Assembly: GCF_009914755.1 (NCBI RefSeq)
Contig: NC_060937.1
Source: the human T2T-CHM13v2.0 reference genome, Homo sapiens
DNA length: 64,000 nucleotides
Reading direction: 5' to 3' (one strand)
In this document: piece after piece, positions 29,665-42,815 of the stretch
How the letters are laid out: every line of letters begins with the position of its first letter
Numbering within the stretch: the stretch's first letter is position 1
Position numbers and translations under genes: made by a program
The notes under the pieces: generated by a model
Seen by the model: only the letters and a program-made list of their open reading frames with translations
Database searches by the model: none
Told to the model about the DNA's origin: nothing

Positions 29665-31149
29665 GAACTAAATTCAAGCCAGTAGCTTTCACATTACTAA
29701 TTACCTATGCATTCATGAGCATTGGGCTAGTTAAAAAACAAATGAAAAAATAACTTATTCCCTTTGGCCTCATGGAGGTTACAGTCTGGTATAGAAATAA
29801 ACACATAAGACAGTTAACAATCCAATTATTTGGGTGATTTCATGAAAAAACTGAATTTTACTCTATAGATTTTCAGAAAAATGAAAATGAGCTAAATTAA
29901 GCTGTGAGCCAATTTATCAACTGCTCCTTTCATTGAACATGCAAATTCGTTCTTTGTTAATTTACGAAGACATCTGACTTTGATTCACAGGTTTACTATT
30001 TCAGTTAGTGGATTGAAGCATAGAATTAAAACAGTGACATCACAACAAACTCCACTAGACAAGACAAAACAAATTAGCTGCCGCTGATTCACTTGAAGTT
30101 TAACATCATCTGTCCAGGAAAATGTCACTCAGAACTGAGAGATTGCTGCCCCCAAGAGGCTAATCAAAAAACTCCAAAATAAAAAGGATGAGGTTCAAGA
30201 GCTAGGAGACGGCAATTGAGAAGAGAAGACGTGGGCTGGAGCTTTTTTTAGAAGAAAGTGAGACTTGAGCCCCAAATTCTAGAAGAAAAAGAGGAGAAGA
30301 TTGGAGCTCCTAAGAGTAGAGATGAATTTGTAGCAAGGGAAAGATAAGAGAGTGAGCATCCAATAAACATCAACGGCAGCTGCTTTAGGGAGACTTCTTA
30401 GAAGTTTTTACTTTTTTCCTATTTCTGCCCTGTATTTCCCCATAACTGCTTATGGTTAAAAATCACTAAACATGCTTAAAGAGTTCCATGCCTATATCAA
30501 TTATTTGGGAAAAGCTGTAGATTTTAAAAGAGTAGATTTTATTCTACTCAGCAGTAGGCCAGAGGAAAGAACCCCCCGTCGGAATCAACTATTAATTGCA
30601 GTGGAAATGAAAGCCTGCAAACAAAATCACTGCTCCTCAAAACTCTCCGTGAAGTAGCAGGCAGAAGGAAGAGACTCTGGAGCCCAGGGTCTAATCCAGC
30701 CAAAGATGGTGAAGTGCCCCTCCAAAGCAGTTTGCTCCCCAAACCCTTGGGATCTCTTTCAAGACCTTAAGCCCCTACCTCATCAGAGATCCTACCAAGA
30801 AATCCTGCCAAGAAGAACTCACTTGGTTTCCAGAGATCGGGAGCTTAAGTTCCCAAACTCTGCTGCCCCAACTGGGGAGAATATTTTCAACATAAGTTAA
30901 GTTGGAATTCATATGTGGACATTTATCTATGGCTGCATATGTTGTTGTACAGGTAGGTTAAATAAACATATGGGAGGTTTGGTTTCTCTGTTCAGATTTC
31001 AAATTGCTGACTTGCAGAAATTTCTGAGGAAGCAGAATAGCCTGGTAGAAAGGCTTGCGACTTTGACGTCAAAGAGACAGTAAATTTCAATTATGATTCT
31101 GCCCTATATTTGCTGTCAGTTAACTTATCTGAATGTCAGCTTCCTTATT

Positions 31150-32030
31150 TATAAAATACAGATATATTTTATACAGATACAGTATAAAATGTAGATCTAT
31201 ATTTATAATATATAATATATATTTATATATCTATAGATACCATGTATATATGTAATATAAATATATTTATGTATTTATAGATATATATTTTATATTATAT
31301 ATGTATTATACATATATAATGTATGTAATATACATATATTATCTATAGATATATATTTTATATATGTAATATAAATATATATAATATATGTAATGTAAAT
31401 ATATTTTTATATATCTATAGAGATATATTTTATATATGTAATATAGATATATATGTATATATCATATATAATATAAATATATAGATACATATTTATATAA
31501 TATATAATATTAATATAAATATAGGTATATATTATATATAATATATAATCTATAGTTATATTATAGAATATATATCTATAGTTATATATTTATAGAATAT
31601 ATAACTATAGATATATATTCTATAAATATATATCTATAGATTTATATTATATATAATATAAATCTATAGTTATATTATAGAATATATATCTATAGTTATA
31701 TATTTATAGAATATATATCTATAGTTATATATTTAATATAATATATAACTATAGATATATATTTATATAATATATAATACAAATATATAGATATATATTT
31801 ATATATAATACATAATATAAATATATAGATATATCTTTATATAATACATAATATAAATATATAGGTATATATTTATATATGTAAAGTCCAGATTATAGAT
31901 ATATCTATAATATACAGAAATATATATTTATATATCTGGAGCTATATCCTATATAGAGAGATATATTATATCATATATATTTTTATATAGATATATATAT
32001 AAATAGGGATATATAAATAAATACAGATAG
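31150..32030. repeat. AT-rich (TA)-based degenerate array with internal palindromes, inside a + strand MIR (~31035-32120)
   Basis: ~0.9 kb almost entirely A/T with recurring TATAGATATAT/CTATAG units; MIR sequence on both sides. Confidence 0.92.
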
Positions 32031-32565
32031 CTATATTGCTATAGCTAAAGGATTTACAAATGACATATATTAAGCATACATAAATACTATGTGCTTTATA
32101 AATGGTAGCTATTATTACCCAGTCATGACTAACCTGTACTATGTTATACAAAGCAGAAGCAAGTTTGATTGATGTGCCAAAATGCATAGTTCAGACACTG
32201 AAAAACGACAGGCCATTAGGAAGGAGGGGATTGATGTCGGCAGGAAATATGAGTAGACTTTACAAATAAGTGAGATGAAACCTGATCAAAAACCTGACAG
32301 TTCATTTGGAAAAAATGTCATTACCACCTTGAAATATTTGCAGAGATAGAAGATATAAAATTTACAATGTGCATTCAAGCTTGATTAAATATTAGACCAT
32401 TATGAGAGATTTGTTATCCATATCAAGAAAATCACTTGAGTCATGAGATTATACCTCCTAAATATAGCTTTGATGGCGACAGATATATATAATTCTGAAA
32501 ATAGGATCCTGTTTTTAAAGAGGCATACTATTACGGATAAGAGTTTATCCCAATAAAACACCATA

Positions 32566-32795
32566 TGTTAGAGGCCTTCCTGAAGCTGCAGTAACAAATT
32601 ATCAGAAACTTGGTGGCTTAAAATAACACAATTATTCTCTCATAGTTCTGGCGGCCAGGAGTCTAAAACCAAGGTGTCTGCAGGGCCACATTCATTCCAA
32701 AGGCTCTAGATAAAAACCTTTCCTTACCTCTTCCAGCTCCTAGTGGTTGCCGGCATTCCTTGGTGTCCTTGGCCTGTAGCTGCAGAACTCTAGTC
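32566..32795 (-). mobile_element. MLT1 LTR fragment, abruptly truncated
   Basis: GCTGCAGTAACAAATTATCAGAAACTTGGTGGCTTAAAA...GGCATTCCTTGG. Confidence 0.8.
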
Positions 32796-33042
32796 TTAAA
32801 AATATTTACAAGAGTATAAAACAATGCTACTCTTCTCACACATTTTGTGTTTGAAAATATAGTTTTTTTAAATTAAAATTTCATTTCATGTTAAGCATAT
32901 ACATAAAAATTTTAAATTTGTGTTTTAATTTTAATACAGTAAATGTCAACAGAAAAAAACACACAAACACAAATACTCTTTGAGATTCTCTATGCTTTTT
33001 AAGAGTTAAAATAATCCTGAGACCAGAAGGTCTGAGAACTAA
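32796..33042 (+). mobile_element. Charlie1 hAT transposon, 3' terminal piece
   Basis: AAAACAATGCTACTCTTCTCAC...TCCTGAGACCAGAAGGTCTGAGAACT matches the recalled Charlie1 3' end. Confidence 0.7.
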
Positions 33043-33349
33043 CAAGTTAAGAGAATTTGATTTATTGATTTTTCATGTCTGATTTATTAAAGACATAGAG
33101 GTTTCCTAAGAACCTCAGAAAATCTTCCTTGTTAGATTTGTCATTCTGTCTTTTGAAGAGTTTGAGAGAACTGTATTTTTTCCTGTTTAACTTAAAATAT
33201 CCTAGGGAATGTCTGAAGTATATAAGTTGTGTTGATTATCTAAGGTAAATCAATTTGTATTTACAAATTAATTCAATATTCATTAAAGAATCAGTGATAA
33301 CTTTGTTCGTATTTTTGTATAGCATTTACTAGTTTGATTTTATAAATTT

Positions 33350-33485
33350 AATAAGATTTTTTGCAAATGAGATTGCTTTCTTGATTTCTTGCTAGTTTAT
33401 TGTTGGTGTATAGAAACACTACTAATTTTTGTATGTTGATTTTGTATCTTGCAGCTTTACTGAATTTATCAGTTCTAAGAGTTTA
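33350..33485 (-). mobile_element. L1M ORF2 fragment
   Basis: GATTGCTTTCTTGATTTC...TTGTTGGTGTATAGAAACACTACT...TCAGTTCTAAGAG. Confidence 0.75.
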
Positions 33486-33871
33486 AATAATTTAAATAGT
33501 AAAGGCTATATTTTTTAAAAGTTTAAAATTAAACTTTTAACAAGTTACATGTTATTTACAACACAAGTAAGTATAACAATCCTTTCTATGCACAATAGAA
33601 ATTTAGATATTAAAATATATTTCTAAAACCCATTAACAGGTGTTAGGAACATAGATAACTAAGAAAAGTGGGCACAGGACAGGCACATTTTGATAAAGGC
33701 CAAGAGATATGAGAAGTGTCTCCAGGAAGAACCCAATAAGTAGCATACTTGGGGGTGGGGTTGTCAAGGAGGGGTTGTCACAAGGCCCCTGGTAAGTGCA
33801 GGGAAATTCTAGAGAGGAAGAAAGCCCAATAGAGGCCGTAGACATTGAGGATAATCTTTATCAACCTCTTA

Positions 33872-33947
33872 GGTATTAATCCCTTGTCAGATAAATAGTT
33901 TGCAAATATTTTCTCCCATTCTGTAGGTTGCATCTTCACTCTGTTGA
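33872..33947 (-). mobile_element. Short L1M fragment
   Basis: TATTAATCCCTTGTCAGATAAATAGTTTGCAAATATTTTCTCCCATTCTGTAGGTTG. Confidence 0.75.
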
Positions 33948-34143
33948 CACAGGAAGGGGAACATCACACACCAGGGCCTGTTGGGGAGTGGGGTGCTGGG
34001 GGAGGGATAGCATTAGAAATACCTAATGTAAATGATGAGTCAATGGGTGCAGCAAACCAACATGGCACATGTATACCTATGTAACAAACCTGCATGCTGT
34101 GCACATGTACCCTAGAACTTAAAGTAAAAAAAAAAAAAAAAAA
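33946..34143 (+). mobile_element. L1PA (PA5-7-like) 3' UTR fragment with poly(A)
   Basis: GACACAGGAAGGGGAACATCACAC...GCAGCAAACCAACATGGCACATGTATACC...CCCTAGAACTTAAAGT plus A tail. Confidence 0.9.
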
Positions 34144-34149
34144 TGGTCC

Positions 34150-36975
34150 CCTGGCTGGGGTAAGATGGTATATTATTGAGGTTTTAATTTTTCATATCCC
34201 TGATTATTAGAGATGTTGAGCATTTTCTCATATATTTGTTGGTTATTTGTATATCTGCTTTTGAGAAATGTCTGCTCATGTCACTTGCCCACTTTTTAGT
34301 GGAATTATTTATTTTTCTATTGTTGATTTATTTGAGTTCCTTGTAGATTCTGGATATTAGTCCTTTGTCAGATGCATAGTTTGCAAATGTTTTCTCCTAT
34401 TTTGTAAGTTGTCTGTTTAATCTGTTAATAGTTTCTTTTGCTGTGCAGAAGTATTTTAGTCTAATTAGTTTCCATTTATGGATTTATTTATTTTGTCACA
34501 TTTGCTTTTGACCTTAGTCATAAATCCTTTGCCTAGGCCAATATCCAGAAGAGTTTTTCCTAGGTTTTCTTCTAGAATTTTTATGGCTTCGGGTGTTAAA
34601 GTCTCTAATCTAGCTTGAGTTAATTTTTGTATATGATGAGAGATAAGGATCCAGTTTCATCATTCTACATGTGGCTATCCAATTTTCTCAGCACCGTTTA
34701 TTGAATATGATGTCCTTTCCCCAGCATATGTTTTGGTCTGCTTTGTCAAAGATCAGTTGGTTGTATGCATTTGGCTTCATTTCTGGGTTCTCTATTCTTT
34801 TCCATTGGCCTATGTGTCTACTTTTATACCAGTAGCATACTGTTTTGATTATGATAGCCTTATAGTATAATTTGAAGTCAGATAATGTGATGCCTTCAGA
34901 TTTGTTCTTTTTGCTTATATTTGCTTTGGCTAATCAGACTCTTTTTTGGTTCCATATGAATTTTAGAATTGTTTTTTCTAATTCTGTGAAAAATTATATT
35001 GGTAGTTTGATAGGAAGTACATTGATTATAGATTGCTGTGGATGATATGGTCATTTTCACAATATTGATTCTTCCAATATATTATAAGCTTGGTCTGTGT
35101 TTCCATTTGTTTGTGTCATCTATGATTTCTTTGATCAGTATTTTGGAGTTCTCCTTGTAGAGATCTTTCACCTCCTTGGGTAAGTGTATTCCTAGGTATT
35201 TTATTCTTGTTGTGACTATTGTAAATGGGATTGAGTTCTTGATTTGATTCTCAGTTTGGTTGTTATTGGTGTATAGCAGTATTACTGATTTGTGTACATT
35301 GATTTTGTAACCTGAGACTTTACTGAATTCATTTATCAAATCTAGAAGTCTTTTGGAGGAGACTTCAGGGTTTTCTAGATATAAGATCATGTCATCAGCA
35401 AACAGAGATAGTTTGAATTCCTCTTTTCCAATTTGAGTGCCTTTTATTTATTTCTCTTTCCTGATTGCTCTAGCTAGACCTTCAGATTCTTTCCATGGTA
35501 ACCACTGTAGTGTCTCCTTTTTTTGTTTCAGATTGTATTTATTTGGGTCTTCTCTCTCTTTTTCTTGGTTAGTCTAGCTAATGGTTTCTTGATTTTGTTT
35601 ATCTTTTCAAAAGGCAAGCTTCTCATTTTGTTAATCATTTGTAATTTTTTTTAGTTTCAATTTTATTTCTTTTTGCTCTGATACTTATTATTTCTTTCCT
35701 TCTACTAATTTTGGGTATGAATTGTTCTTGCTGTTTTAGTTATTTGAGATGCATTAGTAGGTTCTTTGAAATCTTTCTGTTTGTATGATATAGGCATTTA
35801 TTGCTATAAACTTTCCCCTTAATACTGCTTTTGCTATATCCCATAAGTTTTGCTGTGTTGTATTTCTACTATCATTTATTTAAATAATTTTTTAAATTTT
35901 CTTCTTAATTTCTTAATTGACCCATTGGTCACTCGGGAGCATGTTGTTTAATTTCCATGTATTTGTAAAGTTTCAAAAGTTCTTGTTATTGATTTCTAGT
36001 TTTATCCCATTGTGTTCAGAAAAAAATACTTCATATGATTTAACTCCTTGTAAATTTGTTGAGACTTGTTTTGTGGCCTAACATGTGGTCTGTCCTGGAG
36101 AATGTTCCATGTGCTAATGAAAAGAATGTGTATTCTGCAGCTGTTGGTCCATTTGGTCTAAAGTACAGTTTAAAACCAACGTTTCTTTATTGATTTTCTG
36201 TCTGGATGATCTGCCCAATGCTGAGAGTGGGATGTTGAAGTCCCCAACTATAATTGAATCATAGTCTGTCTCTCCCTTTAGTTCTAGTATTTGCTTTATA
36301 TATCTGGGTGCTCTGGTGTTGGGTGCATATATATTTACAGTTGTTATATCTTCTTGCTGAATTGATCCCTTTATCATTACATAATGAACTTCTTTATCTC
36401 TTTATACAGTTTTGACTTAAAGTCTACATTATGTCAAATAAATATAGCTACTCCTGCTTGCTTTTGGTTTCTGGTTTTTTGAAATATCTTTTTCTATCCT
36501 TTTATTTTCAGTCTACATGTTTCTTTATAGGCGAAGTGAGTTTCTTGTAGTACGATATAATTGGGTCATTTTTTTTATCCATTCACCCAGTCTATACCTT
36601 TTAAGTGGAAGATTAATTCATTTATATTCAAGATTAGTGTTGATAGATGATAAATTACTCCTGTCATCTTATTGTTTTCTGATTGTTTTATATATCCCTC
36701 TTTCCTTTCTTCTTTCTTTTGTGTTTATCATTGTGGTTTTGTGGTTTTCTGGAATTATAAGGGTTTTCTTTCTCTCTATCCCTTGTTTATCTGCTCTATC
36801 AGTGAGCTTTATACTTCTGTATGTTTTCATGAAGGTGATATAATCTTTGACTTCAAATGTAGTATTCCCTCGAGCATTTCTTGTAAGGCTGATCTAGCGA
36901 TAATTAATTCCCTCAGGTTTTGCTTGTCTGGGAAATACTTTATTTCTCCCTCATTTTTGAAGGATAGCTTTGCTA
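34150..36975 (-). mobile_element. L1PB/L1MA fragments (ORF2 and ORF1 end) with internal deletion
   Basis: Minus ORFs 35082-35390 (RT region), 36114-36377 (endonuclease, IIVGDFNIPL) and 36827-37045 (ORF1 C-terminus LSFKNEGEIKYFPDKQ). Confidence 0.9.
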
Positions 36976-36976
36976 G

Positions 36977-37653
36977 GTTCTTATATCTGTTTCTGTATTC
37001 AATATATTGTAACATGTTGTTTTGGTTAAAGTATATAAAGAACATTCAGATTAACAGAGACAAGTATTTGGAAAAGGTAGGAGTATTTTTAATTATCTTT
37101 TCAAATAATTACGGCTATTCTTCTTTGATACTACACCAGAATTCCGTAAGTGATAGTTTAGTAAAAGTTAGTCGCAATGTGGAATCTGAAATCATATTAA
37201 TGAACCTTTTGTACTCTGTGACATTAAAATCCAATGGTCTTTCTTGCGATTAAAATAGATTTTTTACCTATGTATGATTTTATAACATCATGCATTGGTC
37301 ATTTGGAATATATTGGTTCACTGAGTTAATTACTTCTTCCAAATGTGGACACATTTTACTTCAAAATATCAAAAAAAAAAAAAATGTGTCAGTATCACCC
37401 CCAGTCTCAGTAAGTGCTGGGAAAGTGTTGAACTCACAGTGACAGACTCAAGTATCTAATTTTATCTTGAAAACTGAAACTTTATGATTGGCAAAAAACT
37501 GTCGGTTGTTTTCTTAAAAGTTGCAGGCTCCTAACAGGCAAATAACATGTGAAGGGGGAAGCACATAGCAACTTATATTATGAAAATAGTCTTGACCGCA
37601 AGGATCCCCTGAAAGGGTCTTGGACAACCTAAGGAGTCTAAGGATATATTTTG
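36977..37653 (-). mobile_element. Charlie1 hAT transposon, body and 5' end (internally deleted)
   Basis: TTCTTCTTTGATACTACACC...GTGGAATCTGAAA...CATTGGTCATTTGG; the terminal TATTATGAAAATAGTCTTGACC...CCCCTGAAAGGGTC is the reverse of the recalled Charlie1 5' end. Confidence 0.8.
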
Positions 37654-39699
37654 AAACTCACTCTTTTAACTACTTTAAATATTTTAAAGCAGAGAAAGAA
37701 AAAACAGGCAAAGAATAGACTAGCTAGAGAACTTACTGTAATACCTATGTGTATCCAACTTCCACAAAATTATAAATTTATTTATCATTTCTATTCTTAC
37801 TTGAAAACCTTTTCAAGGATGCACTTTAATCCCTTAACTAAGAAGGTAGAATTACCTTTCTTGGGCTTGCAACAGCAGTTGGCCTTATGATATCAAGTAC
37901 AAGGGCTGAGAGCTTCTTCCAGGATGATTCAATGTGAGCCATTCCCTGAGCAGCTTCTTACAGAAAAATAACTTAGCAGACGTAACTTCTTACACAGCTT
38001 TTTGTGATTAAGTTAAGATTCTGCAATATCTATCCAAATCCAACTTATACTTTTACAGTCTGAATTGAGTATACTAAATTCTACACCCTCAAGCTGGAGT
38101 TGCAACACTGTAAGACAACAATGTTTTATGAGATTCTATACTTCATATAGCTTATAAACAACTATTCATTAGTCATTATATTGGCAACTAATAGATATGC
38201 AACTTAATAGAGCCTTTTTAAAAATAAGAAAATCAATTTAAAGGAAATACTTTATTTTTATATTCCAAAATGAGCATTTTTGGAAAAATCCAAGACATTA
38301 GATTTTTGTAATGTTCTCCAAAAAAAGGTTAGAGAATGAAGAAAAACCCACTCATAACTGCATAATACAATAACTAATAACAATTTAAGTATGTCTTTCA
38401 AATAATCTTATACACACATTTTTACATAGGAGCAATCATAGTATACATAGATTTTAAAGAATTTTTTTAATTTAGCATTTATCATTAACAATTGTCCCAA
38501 AACTTCAAAATTGTTATTTTATCATGACATCAAGTGAATCATTTACTCATTCTCTAATAGCCAGATAGCCAGTTTGTTTCCAATGTTTTACTCTTACAAA
38601 TAAAATTGTAATAAACACATCAGGCACATAATGAAGAAATGTTTAGGAGCAATGCCAGACAACTGGAAAAAGACTAGTGGAATCTTCGGTACAAGAGGCA
38701 TTTTGCTACCTGGCGTGCTCACAAGATCACTAGGTTCTAAGTTCAGAGAAATAAGCAAATAGATACCACAGGAGGTAGAGCAGCAAAGAAACCCTGAAAA
38801 TTAGGTAGCTGACCCAAGCTAGGGCTGCCTGGCCCTGAGCAAGGACACCCAACTAAGGTGGGAAGTGGTACGGGCACTCAGCCCATGCTTTTTCAGCCGA
38901 ACTATGTGCCATCCAAACTCAGGACTGTATCCTAATTTGTACAAAGACAGCATCCTTTAACCAAGCCCAGTGCCAAGGAAACCACATCTACCCCTACGAG
39001 GTGACTTCTTTCACTCAAAAGCTAGAGGAGGGACTGACTGTTATGTAAGATCTGAAACACTAGGGTTGCAAGAGCAGAGTAGAGCCAAGGAAGAGATGGG
39101 GGATGGAATTAAAGGCAAATAGATGAGTGTTTATGATGAAGAAACAAAGAGAAGTTCAGACGCCATGGTGGATTGATTTTAAGATAATTGAATATGTGAA
39201 AGGACAGAAGGAAGACAGTCAGAAGCAATAAAGTCTCTCTAGGGATAAAACCCAAAATAAGTTTTGGGAAAAAAAAATCGCACCTTTTAAAGAGTAGCTT
39301 AAATTTACTGGTTCTAACGTGGTTGTTTGGTGTTGACTTCCCACAGCATTCTTCCTCCAATGCTCAGTACTGACAAATACAGAGTTAGCTATATCCTTGT
39401 TTTTAATTAAAGTAAGTTATTTTTGCCTGTTTCGTGAAAGGTTGAAGAGGCATGGTGTAGTGTTTTTGTGTGCAGGTATCCAAGTCAAAAAGACACGCGT
39501 CTTAAGCTCAATCTTTCTGAGCCTCCTCATGAAGTTCCTAATACATCTTACATAATTATTGTGGAAAAAAGTAAAAGGCACAATATATGGAAAAGTTTAC
39601 CATACTATTAGACTCATAGTTGGCCTTCAATAAATATCATTTTTTTAGGTTTACAGTAGAAGCTTAGATTACTAAATATAAACAAAAAGTTAAAGTTAG

Positions 39700-40197
39700 A
39701 ACCAAAGACATTTTAATTTAGAAAAGACTTTTAAGACCATGGGGGAAGTAGAATACAAATGTAGAAGCCATAAGGGTGCTGAAGACATGGCGACGTGCCA
39801 CCAAGATCCCACATCAGTGACCCATAGCCCAGCAGCTGCCTTCAGGGTCAGCCCCTTCAGCAGCAGTTATCACTACAGGCAAAGGAGCCAGGTCAGAGAG
39901 AATGTGCGGAAACCAGAGGGAGCAGTCACAGTCACAATAGAAGAGGGACAACCAACAAGAGCCTTTGGTGGGAGGATGAAGCCAACCACAGATACCCCGA
40001 AAGGGTGAAGCTATGGAAATAAATACCCTGGCCTTCCTGTCTTATCTCCATCCCATCTCTGCCAGGGCCTCCCATTTACTAGGAGCTAGGATGGAAGGAA
40101 ACCCATTGACGAGAAAAGTCATTCTCTCAGAGCACAGAGAAGGATGAAGAAGGACAGAAAGTGGACCTGGAGTGGTAAATGGAAAATATCCAGTGCA
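39700..40197 (-). mobile_element. LTR33-like ERVL LTR (possible LTR16 piece at ~39775-39860)
   Basis: Ends GTGGACCTGGAGTGGTAAATGGAAAATATCCAGTGCA, the reverse of the recalled LTR33 start. Confidence 0.6.
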
Positions 40198-41199
40198 TCT
40201 TGGTCCCTCGGTTTAAAAGTAGTCTTTTTTTCACCTACGCCCTTATTTTCCCTAGCCCCCAGCATGACTGTGATGTCCCACTCTGGTTGACCTGACAATG
40301 AGCTGGCTTAAGCAAGTAGCATAAACATCCTCTTCTCCCCGTGGAAGAGCCTTTCCCAATCTCATCTTCCCATAGTTCTGGTGGCCTCATTCCCCCAGGT
40401 CCCCAAAGTCACCAGGTTCTGAGCAGCTTGTTTCCTCAGAAAACTCCTATCTTCAGTTGGCACCCAAATCGAGACTGTCTGGTTTTCAAACTGATGCTGT
40501 GTTCCCTACTGATGCGTTAACTCTTGCACCATAAGAAAGGGGACTCCACTGAAATTCAACCCCTGTTTTGTGTCCAGCAGACTTGAGAACATTTCTCTCC
40601 AGATAAAGCAGGTGGGGAGGGGGATCCATGACTTCTCTTCATGACTCTGCCTTGTTTTTCCTTTCTCTTTAAAGCCTACTTCACAGTACTTGGCATTAAT
40701 CCCTGACATGTGACCCTGGTGCCCTGTGTGGGCCACCATCCAGCCCAGCAGGGAAGAACACAAAAAACAGCCACTTTGCAAGCTGTAGGTCACCTTACTG
40801 TAAATGTCAAAAAGAAAGTAGGCTCATGTCCTCCTTAATCTCTACACTTCACGGGTATACATAAAGCAAATACAAAGGGTAGTGAATATGCCTCCTTACA
40901 AAAGAGACTTTTTGTAACAGATGTTGAAAGAAAATTTAGAATACTAATTTCTGTAATTCTTAACTGAAAATTGTAAACAATATGTATATGTCATAATTAA
41001 CATGAAAGTAAATCTCATTCAATTTAGCAAATATCCTTTTAGCTCCTATTATGCACTTTGAGTTTTGGTAAGAACAAGAGAAACAAAAGATGGGGCTGAG
41101 AATTTAATGAAAATAAAATTGGCATCATTCATATGACAATAATAGTAATAACAAAAATTAACTTTCTACATCATGACCATATGGACTGATACTATTCCT

Positions 41200-41700
41200 G
41201 TAGCCAAAAATCTATGATGCCTCTTCCCAGTGCTTCCCCTTCCTTCGAGTAGCTGGCCTGCTAGCCCCATGGCTAGAATGGCAGCTCCATTCTCTCACTG
41301 ACCCCAAATCTCTGGCCACAGTTGATTTATACAGGCTTGACTTCCTGAGCTAAGCTGTTTCAATGGGATTTCCTTGGAATTTTTGACCATCTGACCCAGA
41401 AATCCAAATTAACCCCTCTCTGGCATTAAAATTAAAAAAAAAGACTTTTGAATTGATTATGGAGAAAGAAAAGGGCAGTCTTTTATTAGTGAAACCATGA
41501 CATGTAAAAGTCAAGAATTCACTGGACACGTGTCCCGTCATGTGCAGAAAGCGCATGAAATAAGGAGGAAGGAAGCCCACCTACTGAGTGGACACATAGA
41601 GTCAAGACCTGGGCAAAAGGCCCTGGTGATACTTGCTTCGCTGGTTCCATCAGTTCTCTGACTCTGCTCTATCTCTTCCCTGATAGAGTTTTGGAAGGTC
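41200..41700 (+). mobile_element. Old MLT1/ERVL-type LTR fragment
   Basis: CTGGCCACAGTTGATT...ACACGTGTCCCGTCATGTGCAGAAAG...CCCTGGTGATACTTG. Confidence 0.45.
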
Positions 41701-42112
41701 AATACTTCCTAAGCTCTGAGGATACCCTCTGAGGCTGACAGCTCTCACCTAATCAGGTGAAAGCCGCTGCATCTTTAATAAATCTCCTAAGTAACACAGC
41801 CTTGTTGCACACACTTCAGTAAACAGAGGCATGTCCTGAGGTGTCTTGCCATAATGGTGACACCCCCAAGGTGGCAGGGAAATCAGGAATGGTCCGAGGC
41901 ACCACTGGCCGCAATAGCTGCTCATGCCGTAGTGCAGCTCCTCCAGCACACTGACCTCCCTCTCCCAGCTTCTTCCACAGGCTCCAGTGCTGCTTCCCCT
42001 TGTCTGGGAGGCACTCTCTCTCCCCCACCGATGACTGCTTTCTAGCCCTGAGCACTTACTTTCTGCTGTCCATGGTCCCCACATCTCAACCCTCATCAGT
42101 ATGACCACTCAC

Positions 42113-42160
42113 CTGGTGTTGAGAGAACACAGCTGCCCAGTGGAGGGAATTGTAACTGCC
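42113..42160 (-). other. Candidate exon (48 nt), unverified
   Basis: Minus strand: cctttttgtgtttctgctggatttag|GGCAGT...CACCAG|gtgagt; frame 0 open (GSYNSLHWAAVFSQHQ). Confidence 0.3.
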
Positions 42161-42507
42161 CTAAATCCAGCAGAAACACAAAAAGGCATGAAATCACCTA
42201 CCAAATTATGAAATGTGAGTTCAGTTTTATGTCAGTGTATAAAAGTAATAAATATTCTCATGATGGCAAACAAGATTGGAGGACTACCAGGGCTGTCTTG
42301 GAGAAAGACCTTCTACTATGAAGATATCTATTATTCCGACACTGCTAATACTTTAGTCACCATGTATACCTATAATGTCACCGGGTTCATGCACATTCTT
42401 CTTGTCACATCAGCATACACTCTCATCTATCACTAAACTCCAGCATCACTGCTATCAATTAAGGAGTGAATTCTAGTGTGTCACTAAAGCATTAAAACGT
42501 GACTTGT

Positions 42508-42815
42508 GGCTGGGTGTGGTGGCTCATGCCTGTAATCCCAGCACTTTGGGAGGCCGAGGCAGGTAGATCACTTGAGGCCAGGAGTTCGAGACCAACCTAG
42601 CCAACATGGTGAAATCCTGTCTCTACTAAAAATACAAAATTTAGCTGGGCGTGGTGCCACACACCTGTAATCCCAGCTACTCAGGAGGCTAAGGCATGAG
42701 AATCTCTTGAACCCAGGAGGCGGAGGCTGCAGTGAGCCAAGATCATGCCACTACACTCCAGCCTGGGCAACAGAGAGAGACTCCATCTCAATAAAATAAA
42801 ATAATTAAAAAAAAA
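42508..42815 (+). mobile_element. AluS (Sx/Sz)
   Basis: Full dimer; TSD AAAACGTGACTTGT/AAAACATAACTTGT. Confidence 0.95.

Noticed and set aside
30823-30871. Minus-strand exon-like unit (ccccag|...CAA|gtgagt, 49 nt)
   Set aside because: Weak pyrimidine tract; shows how easily pseudo-exons arise by chance here.
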